Shown here: positions 51,297-62,221 of the stretch, one piece after another
Layout: the number at the start of each line of letters is the position of its first letter
Numbering within the stretch: position 1 is the first letter of the stretch
NCBI GenBank assembly: GCA_963827805.1
Contig: CAWHCC010000008.1
Coordinates: forward strand, 26,921-90,920
DNA: 64,000 bases
DNA from: an uncultured Chloroflexia bacterium
GTDB taxonomy: Bacteria > Chloroflexota > Anaerolineae > Anaerolineales > UBA11858
Direction of reading: 5' to 3'
Translations under genes and position numbers: made by a program
Notes under the pieces: model-generated
What the model was told of the DNA's origin: nothing
The model's input: only the letters and a program-made list of their open reading frames with translations
Database searches by the model: none

Positions 51297-51971
51297 TCAA
51301 TTTTCTAGCGGCGTGATGGTCAACTTCGCCGTTGGACCTTCCCAACCAAAAATCTGCGGATCGATATCGCCAATTCCAAGGATGCCTCGGTGCAGGTGGA
51401 TGCGTTGGTTAGAGGGGTCACGCAGGGTACCACCAAACGGAGGCCCTGGAACATACTCCGCAAGCTCGTTATTTCGCTCTGTTCCAGCATCATAAGTGCG
51501 GAGATGGAAACTTTTTACACCTTCCTTGGGCAAGCGCAACCCACTGGCACCGACAAACCCATCATTGGTTTGCACAAGCATGCTTGCCAGGGAAAGTCTG
51601 GCACCTCGTCGGCCCTGGATTGTAATCGTCAACAATTCGCCGGGCAAAAGTGGAACGGAGAGAGCTTCGACATCGAGAACTTTGCGGGAGGCGTTTGCAC
51701 TTTCAGCTGCCGGCCCGGTGTTCCCAGTCTCGGCAATCAAGCGCAAATCATCGCTTGCCCGCCCGCGTAGATGGAAAAGCTTATATTTGCCCTTGTGCGT
51801 GATGAAGATTGGCGGAGAGAAGATTTGACCGTCGGTCAAATTCTCTAAGGTAACTTCATAGGTAACATAGTGGTTTTCACCCGCAGCAAAGACGGAAGTC
51901 ATAGGAATGAGCACCACGATGAGCAGTAAGATACTTAACTTGAGTGAACGGAAAAGTTTTAGTTTGTACAT
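51297..51971 (-). CDS. Secreted spondin_N-like domain protein
   Basis: A signal peptide. The family recollection is weak (LENLTDGQIFSPP…TNDGFVG). Confidence 0.45.
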   Translation of the reverse strand: MYKLKLFRSLKLSILLLIVVLIPMTSVFAAGENHYVTYEVTLENLTDGQIFSPPIFITHKGKYKLFHLRGRASDDLRLIAETGNTGPAAESANASRKVLDVEALSVPLLPGELLTITIQGRRGARLSLASMLVQTNDGFVGASGLRLPKEGVKSFHLRTYDAGTERNNELAEYVPGPPFGGTLRDPSNQRIHLHRGILGIGDIDPQIFGWEGPTAKLTITPLEN

Positions 51972-52185
51972 GGGTTTTCTCCTTTGGTGCTAGAGGATGG
52001 ATTTCTTTCATTGTACAAACTGGTTCTTACCTGAAGCTTAGGAGAGTGTTACGAATTCCTTACGCCAGGCACACCGACGCACGGATTGCAACGCTACCCA
52101 AATTTGGGATACTCAACGGTTACGCAGATATCCGTCAAGAGGAAATTTTTTGCACATATATAAACGACTTTTGTAAATAGAAAAG

Positions 52186-52215
52186 GGAACATGGGATCAA
52201 AGTAACCCATGTTCC
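52186..52215 (-). terminator. Candidate intrinsic terminator downstream of the FAD-oxidoreductase gene
   Basis: A 10-bp stem ggaacatggg/cccatgttcc, followed on the minus strand by cttttctatt. Confidence 0.35.
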
Positions 52216-52363
52216 AAACAAAATTGATTAGGAAAATCAAGCTTATGTGAGAATAAGTGTTTTGCGGTTTGTTGTTCGAAATACAATAGCTGGTTTTTCC
52301 GCAAAATCTTGATGAATGCCGGACTGCAAAACTTTTTATTTTAGAGCACTTATCGGCATTCGC

Positions 52364-53551
52364 TTAATGCCAGATATCTTCGTAAGCGTGCTCGCCTTTT
52401 AATAGATCGCCGCGCTCGAAACGCTGCGGATCAAAAGGAGCTATATCCACGGTTGCTGCTTTCCCATCGACAATTAGATCAGCAATACAAGCGCCCACCG
52501 CAGGCGCAATCTTGAAACCCGTCCCGCTGAAACCGCACTGAACGTAGAATCCATCAGGGCCAACTTGCCCGATGGCAGCACGCTGATCTGGTGTGATGCC
52601 GTCATAACCACCGTGCGCGCTATGCAATGAAGCTTTCTCCATAATGGGCACACGCAGGCAAATGCGCTCAATCGCACGTTCCACAAATCCGGGCTGTGCT
52701 CGATCCGTGTAACCTTCCGGTGATTCCCCCAGGGGGTTATTATCCTCCAAGCCAACCAGAGTCAAACCGCCAGTTTCAGGGCGGAAATACATCGAGTTGG
52801 CATTGTCGATCACGGTGGGGTGGCTGGGACCCAGTTCTTGAGGGCGGTTGACGAACATGGTATCGTGCCGCCAGGTGTCGATGGGCAGACCTACATCGGC
52901 CATTTTCGCCACACCAGCAGCCCAGGGTCCAGCTGCATTAACAATGACTGGAGCATAAAAAGCGCCTTCCGAGGTAACCACACCCTTCACTTTGCCAGAT
53001 TCTGCCTCAATCGCGGTCACCGTGCAACCCTGCAATAAACGGGCTCCGCCTCGTCGGGCTGCGTCCATCATAGATGCCGTAGTGGCGCTCGGATCGGCAT
53101 ACCCGGATTCAGGTTCATAGGCTGCGGCCTCTACATCTTCAAAATTGAATAGTGGCGCCAAACGCTGCACATCATCCCGTGTAACCAGCAAGCTGGGAAT
53201 ACCAATTTGCTGGTGCATGGCAATATTCGCTTTGAGCTGCTCCTCATAACCGGAGGTGACAATTTGAATAAAGCCAGTCCGGGTAAAGCCGCAGTCACCG
53301 CCGACGCGTTCGTCCCAATTGCGAAAATACTGGAACGATTCCCAGGCCAGGCGAGATTCAGTTTCCAGATCGTAGTGCATCCGCACCAATCCGCTGGAGC
53401 GACCGGTGGCCGCCGAACCCAATGTGTTTTTCTCGATCACCAGCGTTTTCAAGCCGCGCGCGGCGAGATGAAAAGCCGTGCTGGCCCCGTGAATCCCGCC
53501 GCCGATGATGATGGCATCTGCGGTGTTTTCGGCTGTGTGGCTCATTTGCAA
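52364..53551 (-). CDS. FAD-dependent oxidoreductase (DAO family, sarcosine/glycine-oxidase-like)
   Basis: A dinucleotide-binding motif IIGGGIHG. Confidence 0.8.
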   Translation of the reverse strand: MQMSHTAENTADAIIIGGGIHGASTAFHLAARGLKTLVIEKNTLGSAATGRSSGLVRMHYDLETESRLAWESFQYFRNWDERVGGDCGFTRTGFIQIVTSGYEEQLKANIAMHQQIGIPSLLVTRDDVQRLAPLFNFEDVEAAAYEPESGYADPSATTASMMDAARRGGARLLQGCTVTAIEAESGKVKGVVTSEGAFYAPVIVNAAGPWAAGVAKMADVGLPIDTWRHDTMFVNRPQELGPSHPTVIDNANSMYFRPETGGLTLVGLEDNNPLGESPEGYTDRAQPGFVERAIERICLRVPIMEKASLHSAHGGYDGITPDQRAAIGQVGPDGFYVQCGFSGTGFKIAPAVGACIADLIVDGKAATVDIAPFDPQRFERGDLLKGEHAYEDIWH

Positions 53552-53595
53552 CTCCTAAGAAATCGAGCTTCTTGAAGAACCTCGGTTTCTACTTA

Positions 53596-56025
53596 TCATA
53601 AAAGGCTTTCGAGCACCTGAATTTGCGCGTCAGTCAAATGGCGGTAACGGCGTAAGGAAAACTCGCCGTTGACGATGCAGGGCCACTCACGCAAAATAGC
53701 TGCTTTTTCCCAGCTATCGAGTTTAAATTGGTAAAGGAACCGCTCCAATTTTACGGCGGTGCGCTCGCGGGCTGCGAGCACGCCGTGCAGGGTCACAACC
53801 AATTCATCACAAGGCGCTAAATGGATGGGGCCCAATTCAAGGGTATCCGTATCAGTGTGATATTTGGGTTCTGGGGTGATGGCGGAATCATTCAATATGA
53901 TCGAAATTTCTGAGGGGTTTGCAATCCCTCTGAAATTCAGGGCGTAATTCCGCTCCCTGGGGATGAGTTCCGTAGCTCCGGTTGCGGAGGAAAGCGTGAA
54001 AGTGAGAGGGCCGCCGCCCCAGGTCTGGGCCATTTTTGTCAAAGCATATTTCCCTTGTTGGTAGCCCGTGGTTTCGCCATCATCTTCAAAAAGCTCAAGA
54101 GCATTATCTGCGCCGGGGAATATATACACTTCCAGTGTTTCGGGGTTCTCGATCCCACCCCAGCCAACCTGTGGGGCGAGCGGCACAATAGCGCCCGCTT
54201 TGGCAAAAACAGGAATATCGTCGAGCACACCGTAAACTGCTTGCCAGCCCTCCCCGGAGGTGCGTTCTCCTGTGAAGAAGTCGTACCAGTCACCTTCGGG
54301 TAACCAAATATTTTGTCGGCTGAGACCGGTTTCGGGGTGGGCGGGTTTGGTGAAGGGAGCCGCCAGCAACTCGGAACCAAACCAGTAAGTATTATAGGCC
54401 GTAAAGGAAAATGTGTCCTCGTTGGGATCGGTATAGTAAAGCGGCGTGATCAGCGGCAATCCGGTTTGGTAATTGCGCCAGGACATCGTGTAAATATAAG
54501 GAATCAAAGCGTGGCGCAGGCGCATCGCGGCGCTGGCAGCTTTCTCAGCGGCTGGCCCGCGGCCCCAGGGACGGCGCTCATGAAAAGGGTTGGCTGTACA
54601 ATGCAGCCGGAAAATGGGACTGAAAACACCATATTGCACCCAGCGGGTGTAAAGCTCGTCATCCTCGATACCGCCCATATGACCGCCGATATCATGGCTC
54701 CACCAGCCGTAGCCCACGTTGGCCGCGGTGGAGGTGAAGCCGGGTTGGAAGTCGAGCGCCTCCCAGCCGATCACGGTATCGCCGGAGAACCCGATGGGAT
54801 AGCGGTGATTGCCCAGTCCTCCCCAACGCGAAAAGATGAAGGGGCGTTTGACCCCATCCCGTCCGAGATCGTAGAAATGCAGATGGTTGAGCCAGCCCAG
54901 GGGATCAAGTCCAGGCAGCCTGGAAAGTTCGCCTTGCTGCCAATCTAGCCACCAAAAATCAACACCCTGTTCTTCGAGGGGGTGGTGCAGAATTTCAAAA
55001 TATCCTTGGGTAAATTTGGGATCAGCAATATCGAAGGGGATGGGGTCATTACTTTCGGGCTCAATACCCATAAACTCGGCAAAGGCAGGAAACTGTTCTT
55101 CGTGGGGGTGGATGCCCTCAGCGGGGTGCAGATTTAGCGCGGTTTTCAACTCCAGGTTGTGCAGTTCTTCAATGAAGCCCTCTGGGTCGGGGAAAAGTTC
55201 GCGGTTCCAGGTGTAGCCTGTCCACCCTGTGGAGGTGTTGCCCGTTTCAGTCAGGTGCCAATCCATATCGACGATGCAAACCGAAAGCGGGACACCGTGA
55301 ATTTTGAATTCTCGCATCAACCCCAGTAACTCCGCACCCGAATATTTCCAATAGCGGCTCCACCAGTTACCCAAAATATAGCGTGGCACCATCGGCGTCC
55401 GCCCGGCGATGCGGGACAGATCGCGCTGACAGGCGGTGAAATCAAAACCGTAACCAAAGAAGTACAAATCCAAATTTTCGGGACGAGCACGCGTTTCAAG
55501 CCAGCAATCATCATTGAAAACCAGGGATTTCGAATCATCGTAGACGGTTCCCCCGGTGGATGCCATCAAGCCCGGGTCGGGCCGTACAAAACCGGCGGCT
55601 TCATCGAGCGTGCGGTACGTGCCGCCCAAATTGCCGGTGTGGAATGGGTGGTCGCCAAAATGCCAAGTATGGCCAGTGGCTTTGACGATCATCTGCAGGG
55701 TCGTAGAAGTGAATCCCTGCGGTGTCACGCGATAATTCAGGTGTAGGTATTCTGTCTCGATTTCGATTCGTCGTTCATTGGCAATCCAATCATATTTTGG
55801 CACTGGCTGGTTGCGGTACCAGACCGCCTGACTGGGATGATCTTCGAATTCACCGCTGGGGCTGAATTCCATGCGGATCAATCGGTCTGTTATCACAGTA
55901 AAACGCCAATTGGGACCGGTGATGATTGCATCAGGGTTAGGTTGTGGATCAAATTGAATTTGAAATTGAGGCAGGGTCATGGCGATTCCTTTTCTTGATG
56001 GCAAGATGTTTGTTGAGGGTAGCAA
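53596..56025 (-). CDS. Glycoside hydrolase family 31 (alpha-glucosidase/alpha-xylosidase)
   Basis: 809 aa with GH31 catalytic-region motifs (DMDWH, WLDW…GE). Confidence 0.8.
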   Translation of the reverse strand: MLPSTNILPSRKGIAMTLPQFQIQFDPQPNPDAIITGPNWRFTVITDRLIRMEFSPSGEFEDHPSQAVWYRNQPVPKYDWIANERRIEIETEYLHLNYRVTPQGFTSTTLQMIVKATGHTWHFGDHPFHTGNLGGTYRTLDEAAGFVRPDPGLMASTGGTVYDDSKSLVFNDDCWLETRARPENLDLYFFGYGFDFTACQRDLSRIAGRTPMVPRYILGNWWSRYWKYSGAELLGLMREFKIHGVPLSVCIVDMDWHLTETGNTSTGWTGYTWNRELFPDPEGFIEELHNLELKTALNLHPAEGIHPHEEQFPAFAEFMGIEPESNDPIPFDIADPKFTQGYFEILHHPLEEQGVDFWWLDWQQGELSRLPGLDPLGWLNHLHFYDLGRDGVKRPFIFSRWGGLGNHRYPIGFSGDTVIGWEALDFQPGFTSTAANVGYGWWSHDIGGHMGGIEDDELYTRWVQYGVFSPIFRLHCTANPFHERRPWGRGPAAEKAASAAMRLRHALIPYIYTMSWRNYQTGLPLITPLYYTDPNEDTFSFTAYNTYWFGSELLAAPFTKPAHPETGLSRQNIWLPEGDWYDFFTGERTSGEGWQAVYGVLDDIPVFAKAGAIVPLAPQVGWGGIENPETLEVYIFPGADNALELFEDDGETTGYQQGKYALTKMAQTWGGGPLTFTLSSATGATELIPRERNYALNFRGIANPSEISIILNDSAITPEPKYHTDTDTLELGPIHLAPCDELVVTLHGVLAARERTAVKLERFLYQFKLDSWEKAAILREWPCIVNGEFSLRRYRHLTDAQIQVLESLL

Positions 56026-56182
56026 AGGGTAGCTTTTTCGTCAAGGATACAACAAAAATCTGACGTTTATCCAGCGTGACTTATAATCTTTCCTGGCTGT
56101 CTTAGTGATAGATTATTAGTATTGGGTGACAGAAAAAATTTGAGGGAATCAAGCAAACTTATTATCTTTGGGAGGGTTACAG

Positions 56183-56861
56183 ATGAGGAAACGAACTTTC
56201 ATCAAAATCTTTTTTACGCTGCATTATGCCTAATCTTCGGTAATGCAATTTCAACGTCAGCACAAGTTGCGCCCTCAGAATGGGAGAAGGTTTGCGCTGG
56301 TGAGGGTCTCACCACTTTTGAATCCTGGGGTAAGGATATCCCATGTGTACCGAAGATATTACCAGACGAAGGTATAAACAACGAATCCTTTTCCAGGGAC
56401 GAAATCAATACACCCACAGACATAGTACCAAATTCAGCAGAGTATACTTATCTGGTTTATTCATCTTATATAAATGGCAATTGGGAAATTTTTGGGACAG
56501 CAAACCCATGGAGCCATAGTGGAATCAGCTATAAGATTCGGATGACAAGTCATCCTGGGGCAGATATACAACCCCGATTATCTCAGAGAATTCATCCAAC
56601 CATTATATGGATTGGTATAACAAACCCATAAACTATCACAATCTTCGGAGAAAACTTGAAACCCCCATAGTACAAATTGGCGATGTTCCTGTTTTGAATG
56701 TGCAATGGATTGATAAAAACACGCTTACTGTGGTCATTCCTTCTGAATTACCTCCTGGCAAATTTGATATATGGGTAACCAACCCAGGAGGTCAAGAGGC
56801 CATTCTCGTGGGTGGCTTAGAACTTGGAGAGTTAGTATATCTACCTGGTATCATTCGTTAA
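56183..56861 (+). pseudogene. Small secreted hypothetical protein with a C-terminal IPT/TIG-like segment; two apparent 1-nt frameshifts
   Basis: The ATG at 56183 gives MRKRTFIKIFF…, which joins ORF 56122..56631 if one T is added to the T6 run. ORF 56607..56861 continues in a third frame. Confidence 0.4.
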
Positions 56862-56947
56862 CTACAATTGATTTCAAATTTAGACTCCACACCAAAAACG
56901 GGTCTGCGCTTTGAACGCAGACCCGTTGATCAATCTAGAGAGGGGGA

Positions 56948-58598
56948 TTACATCATTCCGCCCATGCCGCCGCCCATGCCGCCGCCTGGGGGCATCGAAG
57001 CTTCGGGTTCGGGGATGTCTGTAATCAGGGCTTCGGTGGTCAGGATCATAGCTGCGATAGAAGCAGCATTTTCCAGAGCGCCGCGGGTAACCTTTGCGGG
57101 GTCAATCACGCCGGCTTTGACCATATCACCGTATTCTTCGGTGAGTACGTTGTAGCCAAGTTTTGTATCTTTCTTCTCAGCCTGTTGGCGGCGGACGTTC
57201 TCCAAAATTACGGAACCGTCTTTACCAGCATTGGCAGAGATTTTGCGCATGGGAACTTCCAAGGCATCTCGCACAACGTTAACCCCAATCTGAGCATCTG
57301 GGTAATCCATCTTGAGGTCATCCAGAACGTGCATCGCATTGATCAACGCCACACCACCACCTGGAACGATACCGTCTTCAACGGCCGCGCGGGTTGCGGA
57401 GAGTGCATCTTCAACGCGGTGCTTCTTTTCTTTCAACTCAGTCTCGGTTGCAGCGCCAACACGGATGATGGCCACGCCGCCGGAGAGTTTTGCCAGACGT
57501 TCTTGTAGTTTTTCACGGTCGTAATCGCTGGTGCTCTTGTCAATCTCGACACGGATTTGCTCAATGCGGCCTTTGATGGCAGCAACATCACCGGTTCCAC
57601 CAACAATGGTGGTGTCATCTTTTGTGGAGATGATCTTCTCCGCACGGCCCAAATCATCAATGGTGACGCTGTCCAGCTTGCGGCCCATCTCTTCGGTAAC
57701 CACAGTACCGCCGGTCAGAACAGCGATATCCTGTAACATAGCTTTGCGGCGGTCACCAAATCCGGGGGCTTTGATGGCCAAAACGTTGAGCATGCCGCGC
57801 AACTTATTGAGTACCAGGGTGGCCAGTGCTTCACCGTCAATATCTTCAGCGATGATCACAAATTCGCGCTTGCCGATTTGTACCAGTTTTTCGAGGATCG
57901 GAACAATATCTTGAGCGGCAGAGATTTTCTTGTCATGGATCAAGACGTAAGCATCATCGATATTGGCTTCCATTGATTTCGGGGTCCGTGATGAAATAAG
58001 GTGAAAGGTAGCCGCGATCAAACTGCATACCCTCAACATACTCGGTCTCGAACTCAAGGCCGCGGGATTCTTCGACGGTGATAACGCCATCTTTACCAAC
58101 TTTGTCCATCACATCGGCGATCAACTCACCAATAGTGCGATCTTGAGCAGAAATGGAAGCCACATTGGCAATATCTTCGTGGGTTTCAACCTCAATAGAA
58201 TTGTCGCTGATTTCTTTGGCGACAGCTTCAGCAGCGGCTAAAATACCCAGCTTCAACAGCATAGGGTTAGCGCCAGCAGCCAAGTTTCGCATACCACCGG
58301 TCACAATTGAGTGAGCCAAAACGGTGGAAGTAGTGGTGCCATCACCAGCAATATCATTGGTCTTGGTAGCAGCTTCTTTGAGGAGCTGCGCGCCCATATT
58401 CTCAAAGGGATCTTCCAATTCGATTTCTTTCGCAACGGTCACACCGTCGTGGGTAATGGTGGGGCTACCAAATTTTCGATCTAATGCCACATTGCGGCCC
58501 TTAGGGCCCAGGGTGGTGACAACTGCTTTTGCCAGGGTGTCAATGCCCTTAATCAGGCTGCGGCGAGCCTCATCAGAAAATACTAATTGTTTTGCCAT
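56948..58598 (-). pseudogene. groL: Chaperonin GroEL, split by a 1-nt insertion in a C-run near 57997
   Basis: ORF 57954..58598 is the GroEL N-terminus and runs to …YFITDPE. ORF 56948..58099 is the remainder, including the C-terminal GGM repeats. Confidence 0.85.
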
Positions 58599-58627
58599 GA
58601 AAATACTCCTTAATCTTTATAGCAGAT

Positions 58628-58918
58628 CTATTTTTCGACGATCGCTAAAATGTCGCTCTCGCGCAGGACGAGAACTTTCTCGCCTTCCAGCTTGATCTCT
58701 GTACCAGCATACTTGGCGTACAGAACAATATCACCAACAGCAACGTCTAATTCGACGCGCTCGCCAGCATCATTGCGGGTGCCTGGACCTACAGCCAAAA
58801 TTTTGCCTTCTTGGGGCTTCTCTTTGGCGGTGTCGGGCAACATGATACCACCAGCGGTGATTTCATCTTGCTCGATCGGTTTTACAACAATGCGGTCGCC
58901 GAGGGGTTTGAGTGCCAT
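58628..58918 (-). CDS. groS: Co-chaperonin GroES
   Basis: A 96-aa canonical GroES. Confidence 0.9.
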   Translation of the reverse strand: MALKPLGDRIVVKPIEQDEITAGGIMLPDTAKEKPQEGKILAVGPGTRNDAGERVELDVAVGDIVLYAKYAGTEIKLEGEKVLVLRESDILAIVEK

Positions 58919-58958
58919 ATTTGCCTCCTGAATCTTTTATTCTTATTATGGGATTTGC

Positions 58959-58985
58959 TTTAGCACTCCCAATTGACGAGTGCTA
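58959..58985. promoter_or_regulatory. CIRCE element (HrcA operator) upstream of groES
   Basis: A perfect TTAGCACTC-N9-GAGTGCTAA, 41 bp upstream of the groES start. Confidence 0.85.
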
Positions 58986-59447
58986 AAGACAGCCTGAATG
59001 ATAACTAGATTCAGAGTGGAAGTCAAGGGGAACAGGCTAAGGTGTTAACGGATTCTTACAAAACTCTGATACTTTGGGTGTTTTCAATCCGGGAGCAAAC
59101 CGCACACTCCCAGAAAGCGCGGGAACATGTGAACTTGCTGACACTCCCTGGCATCACCACCTCTGGCAAAAATATAGGTGCGTGCGCACTTTTATTGGGA
59201 TTGCATCCTTCAAGATTGTTAAGGATGCTGTATTCTCTGAATCTATGATTTGTTTAATTGAGGGGTTCATATTATGTTTTGGGGTTAGCAGCCAAATTCA
59301 AGATTTAGCACGCTACTACAAACCCCAGTTTTTTGCGATTCCCCCAAAGATTAAAATGCCTTATTGCTCTGAAATAATTCGACAAATGGCTTCGTTCTCA
59401 TCTACTAGCCCCATCAACAAACCATTATCCGGAAAAGTCTGCCGCAC

Positions 59448-60756
59448 TTAAGTCATCACAGCTAACGCCTCCGGGCACTGATTGGCATTGGGCCGGCTGA
59501 GCGCCGCCAATGTGGAACCGTACATGGCGTAAAACCAACCCGCTTCATCGTTGGTAAGCGCTAACTTTTCCACCGGGCCTGGGATATCAATCGCCAACTC
59601 CAACTCATCAACGATCTCTTGCGCGCGCGGCTGAACGCACCCATCCACAACGCATTCCAACACTAAAGCGGCACTCTCGTAATTCCGAGCGCGGCGGTAG
59701 ATATCGCCCAACTGACCGTAGGTGACCGGATTGGTGGGGTCAAGACGCAAGGCTTTCTGCGCGTTGATCCCGGCGATGAAGAACTCCCCCATTTGAGCAT
59801 AGGTTTTCGCAATCGCAATATAGGGAATCGGGTCAAGAACGCCATTGGCTTCGTTAATATCCGCGGCCCTGCTGAAATACTCCAGAGCTTGTTCATATAT
59901 CAATTCTGCCGAATTCGGGGTTGTCGGAGCGCACGGCCAATGTGCGGTAATTCAGGCCGATATTTATATATAGGAAAGTAAGATTGGGGTTGATGGCCGC
60001 AGCTTTTTCGTATTCTTCGATGGCTACGCGGTATTGCCCGAAAGTTTCCAGTACAGTGGCATAAACTCGGTGGGTATCCATCACGCCGGGGGCTAACTCA
60101 ACCGCGGTACGGGCATGCTGTTCGGCTTGCGACCATTTTTGCTGATCGAGCAAAACTTCGGCGTAGAAGGCTAGTGCCAGGTAATTGCTGGGATCTAAGT
60201 TGTATGCATAACCAGCGGCCTGCTCGGCTTCAACCAGCCATTTTTGAGCCTGATCACGATCAACGGCTACCGAAGCACTCCAATCGAGCACCAGCGCCTG
60301 GATAGCTTTGACTGTGCTATCATCCGGGGCCAGTGCAACTGCCTTATCAATGGAGGCGCGCGCTTCTTCCATGCGGGCGATCTTACCTTCTTGGGTGGGC
60401 AGCAAACTCGAGGAGTAGGTTTGCAAACGTGCCAACTCTGCCCAGGCAAGCGCGTTATTGGGTTCTAATTCGAGCGCTTGATTGTAAGACTCGATGGCGC
60501 CCATTTTCTCTTCATCAGATACAACACCAGCATTGAAATGGGCATCAGCTTCCATCAAATAAGAATCGGCTGTGCGGGTAGGTGTTGGGGTTGGCAAAAA
60601 TGCCGGCTGAAAACGATCATCCGGTCCGGTGCCAACCTGAGTTGCATACCAGCCAATCGCGAGAATCAAGATAAACAAGATCAAAACGCGATAAGGATTG
60701 CTCTTGAGTCCACTTTTTGCAAATGTGGGTTTTTTCCCGGTTAAGTTACGGTTCAT
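59448..60756 (-). pseudogene. TPR-repeat membrane-anchored protein, split by a 1-nt indel near 59900
   Basis: ORFs 59893..60756 and 59448..59903 are contiguous TPR sequence. The architecture matches the intact downstream paralog. Confidence 0.55.
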
Positions 60757-61994
60757 CAGGGCTCGGTGGATTCTTCGGCTTCAGCAGCTGCTTCGTCTGC
60801 TTCCAGGTTTTGCTGGCAAATTTCTAATCCCGCCTCGGCATTGAACACCGCAACCTCATTGTCTGGCACTGCTGACAGCATCGTTTGGAAAATGGGCACC
60901 GCCTCACCACAACGACTGGCGCGAGCCAAAGTCAACCCATACGTGGAGTAATATTCGATAATGCGCAGATCGTAATCCAGCGGCAACCCCTCGATTACTT
61001 TTCCATCGCTAGTCATTCCGCCTTGGATAGCCAGGGCGAGTTGCTCAATGGCCTCAGCAGGTTTGCCGTTTTTAGCTAACATCACGCCATAATTGCCTCG
61101 CAACCTGGCATTGGCAGGATCGTTACCAACCGCTTGCTCAGCATACTGAGCAGCTTTAGCATATTCACCATAAGTAAAATAAACTCGAGATGCAACTAAA
61201 TCTGGCTCGTAGTCTTCTGGATTCAGGGCGTTAGCCTGATTTAGGGCTTCAACGGCCAAATCATATTCGCCCATTGCATAATAGCTGTATCCTTTGAGCA
61301 AGTGCAGGCTCGGGATGCGATCATTGATCGCAATCGCGGCATCGAATTGCTCAACAGCTTCTTGGAAATTCTGCGTGTTGTAGAGAATATACCCGCGCGC
61401 CCGGCGTACTTCCAACGAATTTGGGTCCAGTTGCAGGGCAATGCGAGATTCTTCAGCACCGCGCTCGAAGCTGCCATTATCGAAAAGAATTTCGGCATAA
61501 ATAGCGTGTGCGATGGCATAATTTTCATCGAGGGCTAAAGCTCGCTTCACAGCGGCCTCAGCTTCCAAGGAATCCCCTAAAAAGTTCATCGCCCAGGCCC
61601 GCATCGAATGCGCCAAGGGGTTATTAGGATTAAGCAGCAGTGCCAATTCAGCATTTTCCAACGCCCCTTCATATTCACCCGCTAAAATCTGAATGCGGGA
61701 TAACTCCACGTAGTTAGATGGGTTTTCTGGGTCGGAAAGAATCGCATCTTCGTAGGCTTCAATGGCCTGGCTAAGCTTCCCTTCACTATATAGATCATCA
61801 GCTTCATTAACAAACAACTCTGGGCTGCGGGTTGGTGTTGGCGTTGGAACAAATAGTGGTGGCGTGTTAGGCAAAACAACCTGGTTAACATAAACCATCC
61901 CGGCAACTAAGCCGCCCAAAACCAGCACGCGCCAGGGATTGGAGCGCTTACGCCGTTTTCGATTCATGTTCCATTTGCTGCCACGTAAATACAT
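60756..61994 (-). CDS. TPR-repeat membrane-anchored protein (paralog of the adjacent gene)
   Basis: A basic N-terminus, one TM and a PTPTPTR linker, then TPR repeats. 412 aa. Confidence 0.7.
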   Translation of the reverse strand: MYLRGSKWNMNRKRRKRSNPWRVLVLGGLVAGMVYVNQVVLPNTPPLFVPTPTPTRSPELFVNEADDLYSEGKLSQAIEAYEDAILSDPENPSNYVELSRIQILAGEYEGALENAELALLLNPNNPLAHSMRAWAMNFLGDSLEAEAAVKRALALDENYAIAHAIYAEILFDNGSFERGAEESRIALQLDPNSLEVRRARGYILYNTQNFQEAVEQFDAAIAINDRIPSLHLLKGYSYYAMGEYDLAVEALNQANALNPEDYEPDLVASRVYFTYGEYAKAAQYAEQAVGNDPANARLRGNYGVMLAKNGKPAEAIEQLALAIQGGMTSDGKVIEGLPLDYDLRIIEYYSTYGLTLARASRCGEAVPIFQTMLSAVPDNEVAVFNAEAGLEICQQNLEADEAAAEAEESTEP

Positions 61995-62034
61995 ACTTAA
62001 TCGTTCCTACTCAGTACTAAGGTTGGGGGAAGTG

Positions 62035-62083
62035 GCAGGGTGAAACCCTGCCACTTCCCCCGCACACTTTTTTAGTTTGTTCA
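62035..62083 (+). terminator. Very stable GC-rich hairpin (16-bp perfect stem) followed by T6; terminator-like
   Basis: gggggaagtggcaggg-tgaaa-ccctgccacttccccc, then gcacac and tttttt. Confidence 0.4.
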
Positions 62084-62221
62084 ACCCGGGTTATTTCATC
62101 TTACCATGATTGATACTTGCGTCAAGACGGCCTTTGAGCCTCTCATAAGCCGCTCATTGACGTGCCATTTTCGCAAAAGGTTCCACTTGTCAAGCCTTTC
62201 ACTTAGCGCTAGAATGAAGTT

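Noticed and set aside
56948-57010. GGM/GGGM repeats at the GroEL C-terminus considered as an unusual repeat
   Set aside because: This is the normal Gly-Met-rich C-terminal tail of GroEL.
59042-59451. ORFs 59042..59248 and 59074..59451 in the groES upstream region
   Set aside because: They are Cys/His-rich with no recognisable fold, RBS or conservation signal. The region looks like a non-coding leader. It is kept as a possible sRNA or leader in the findings.
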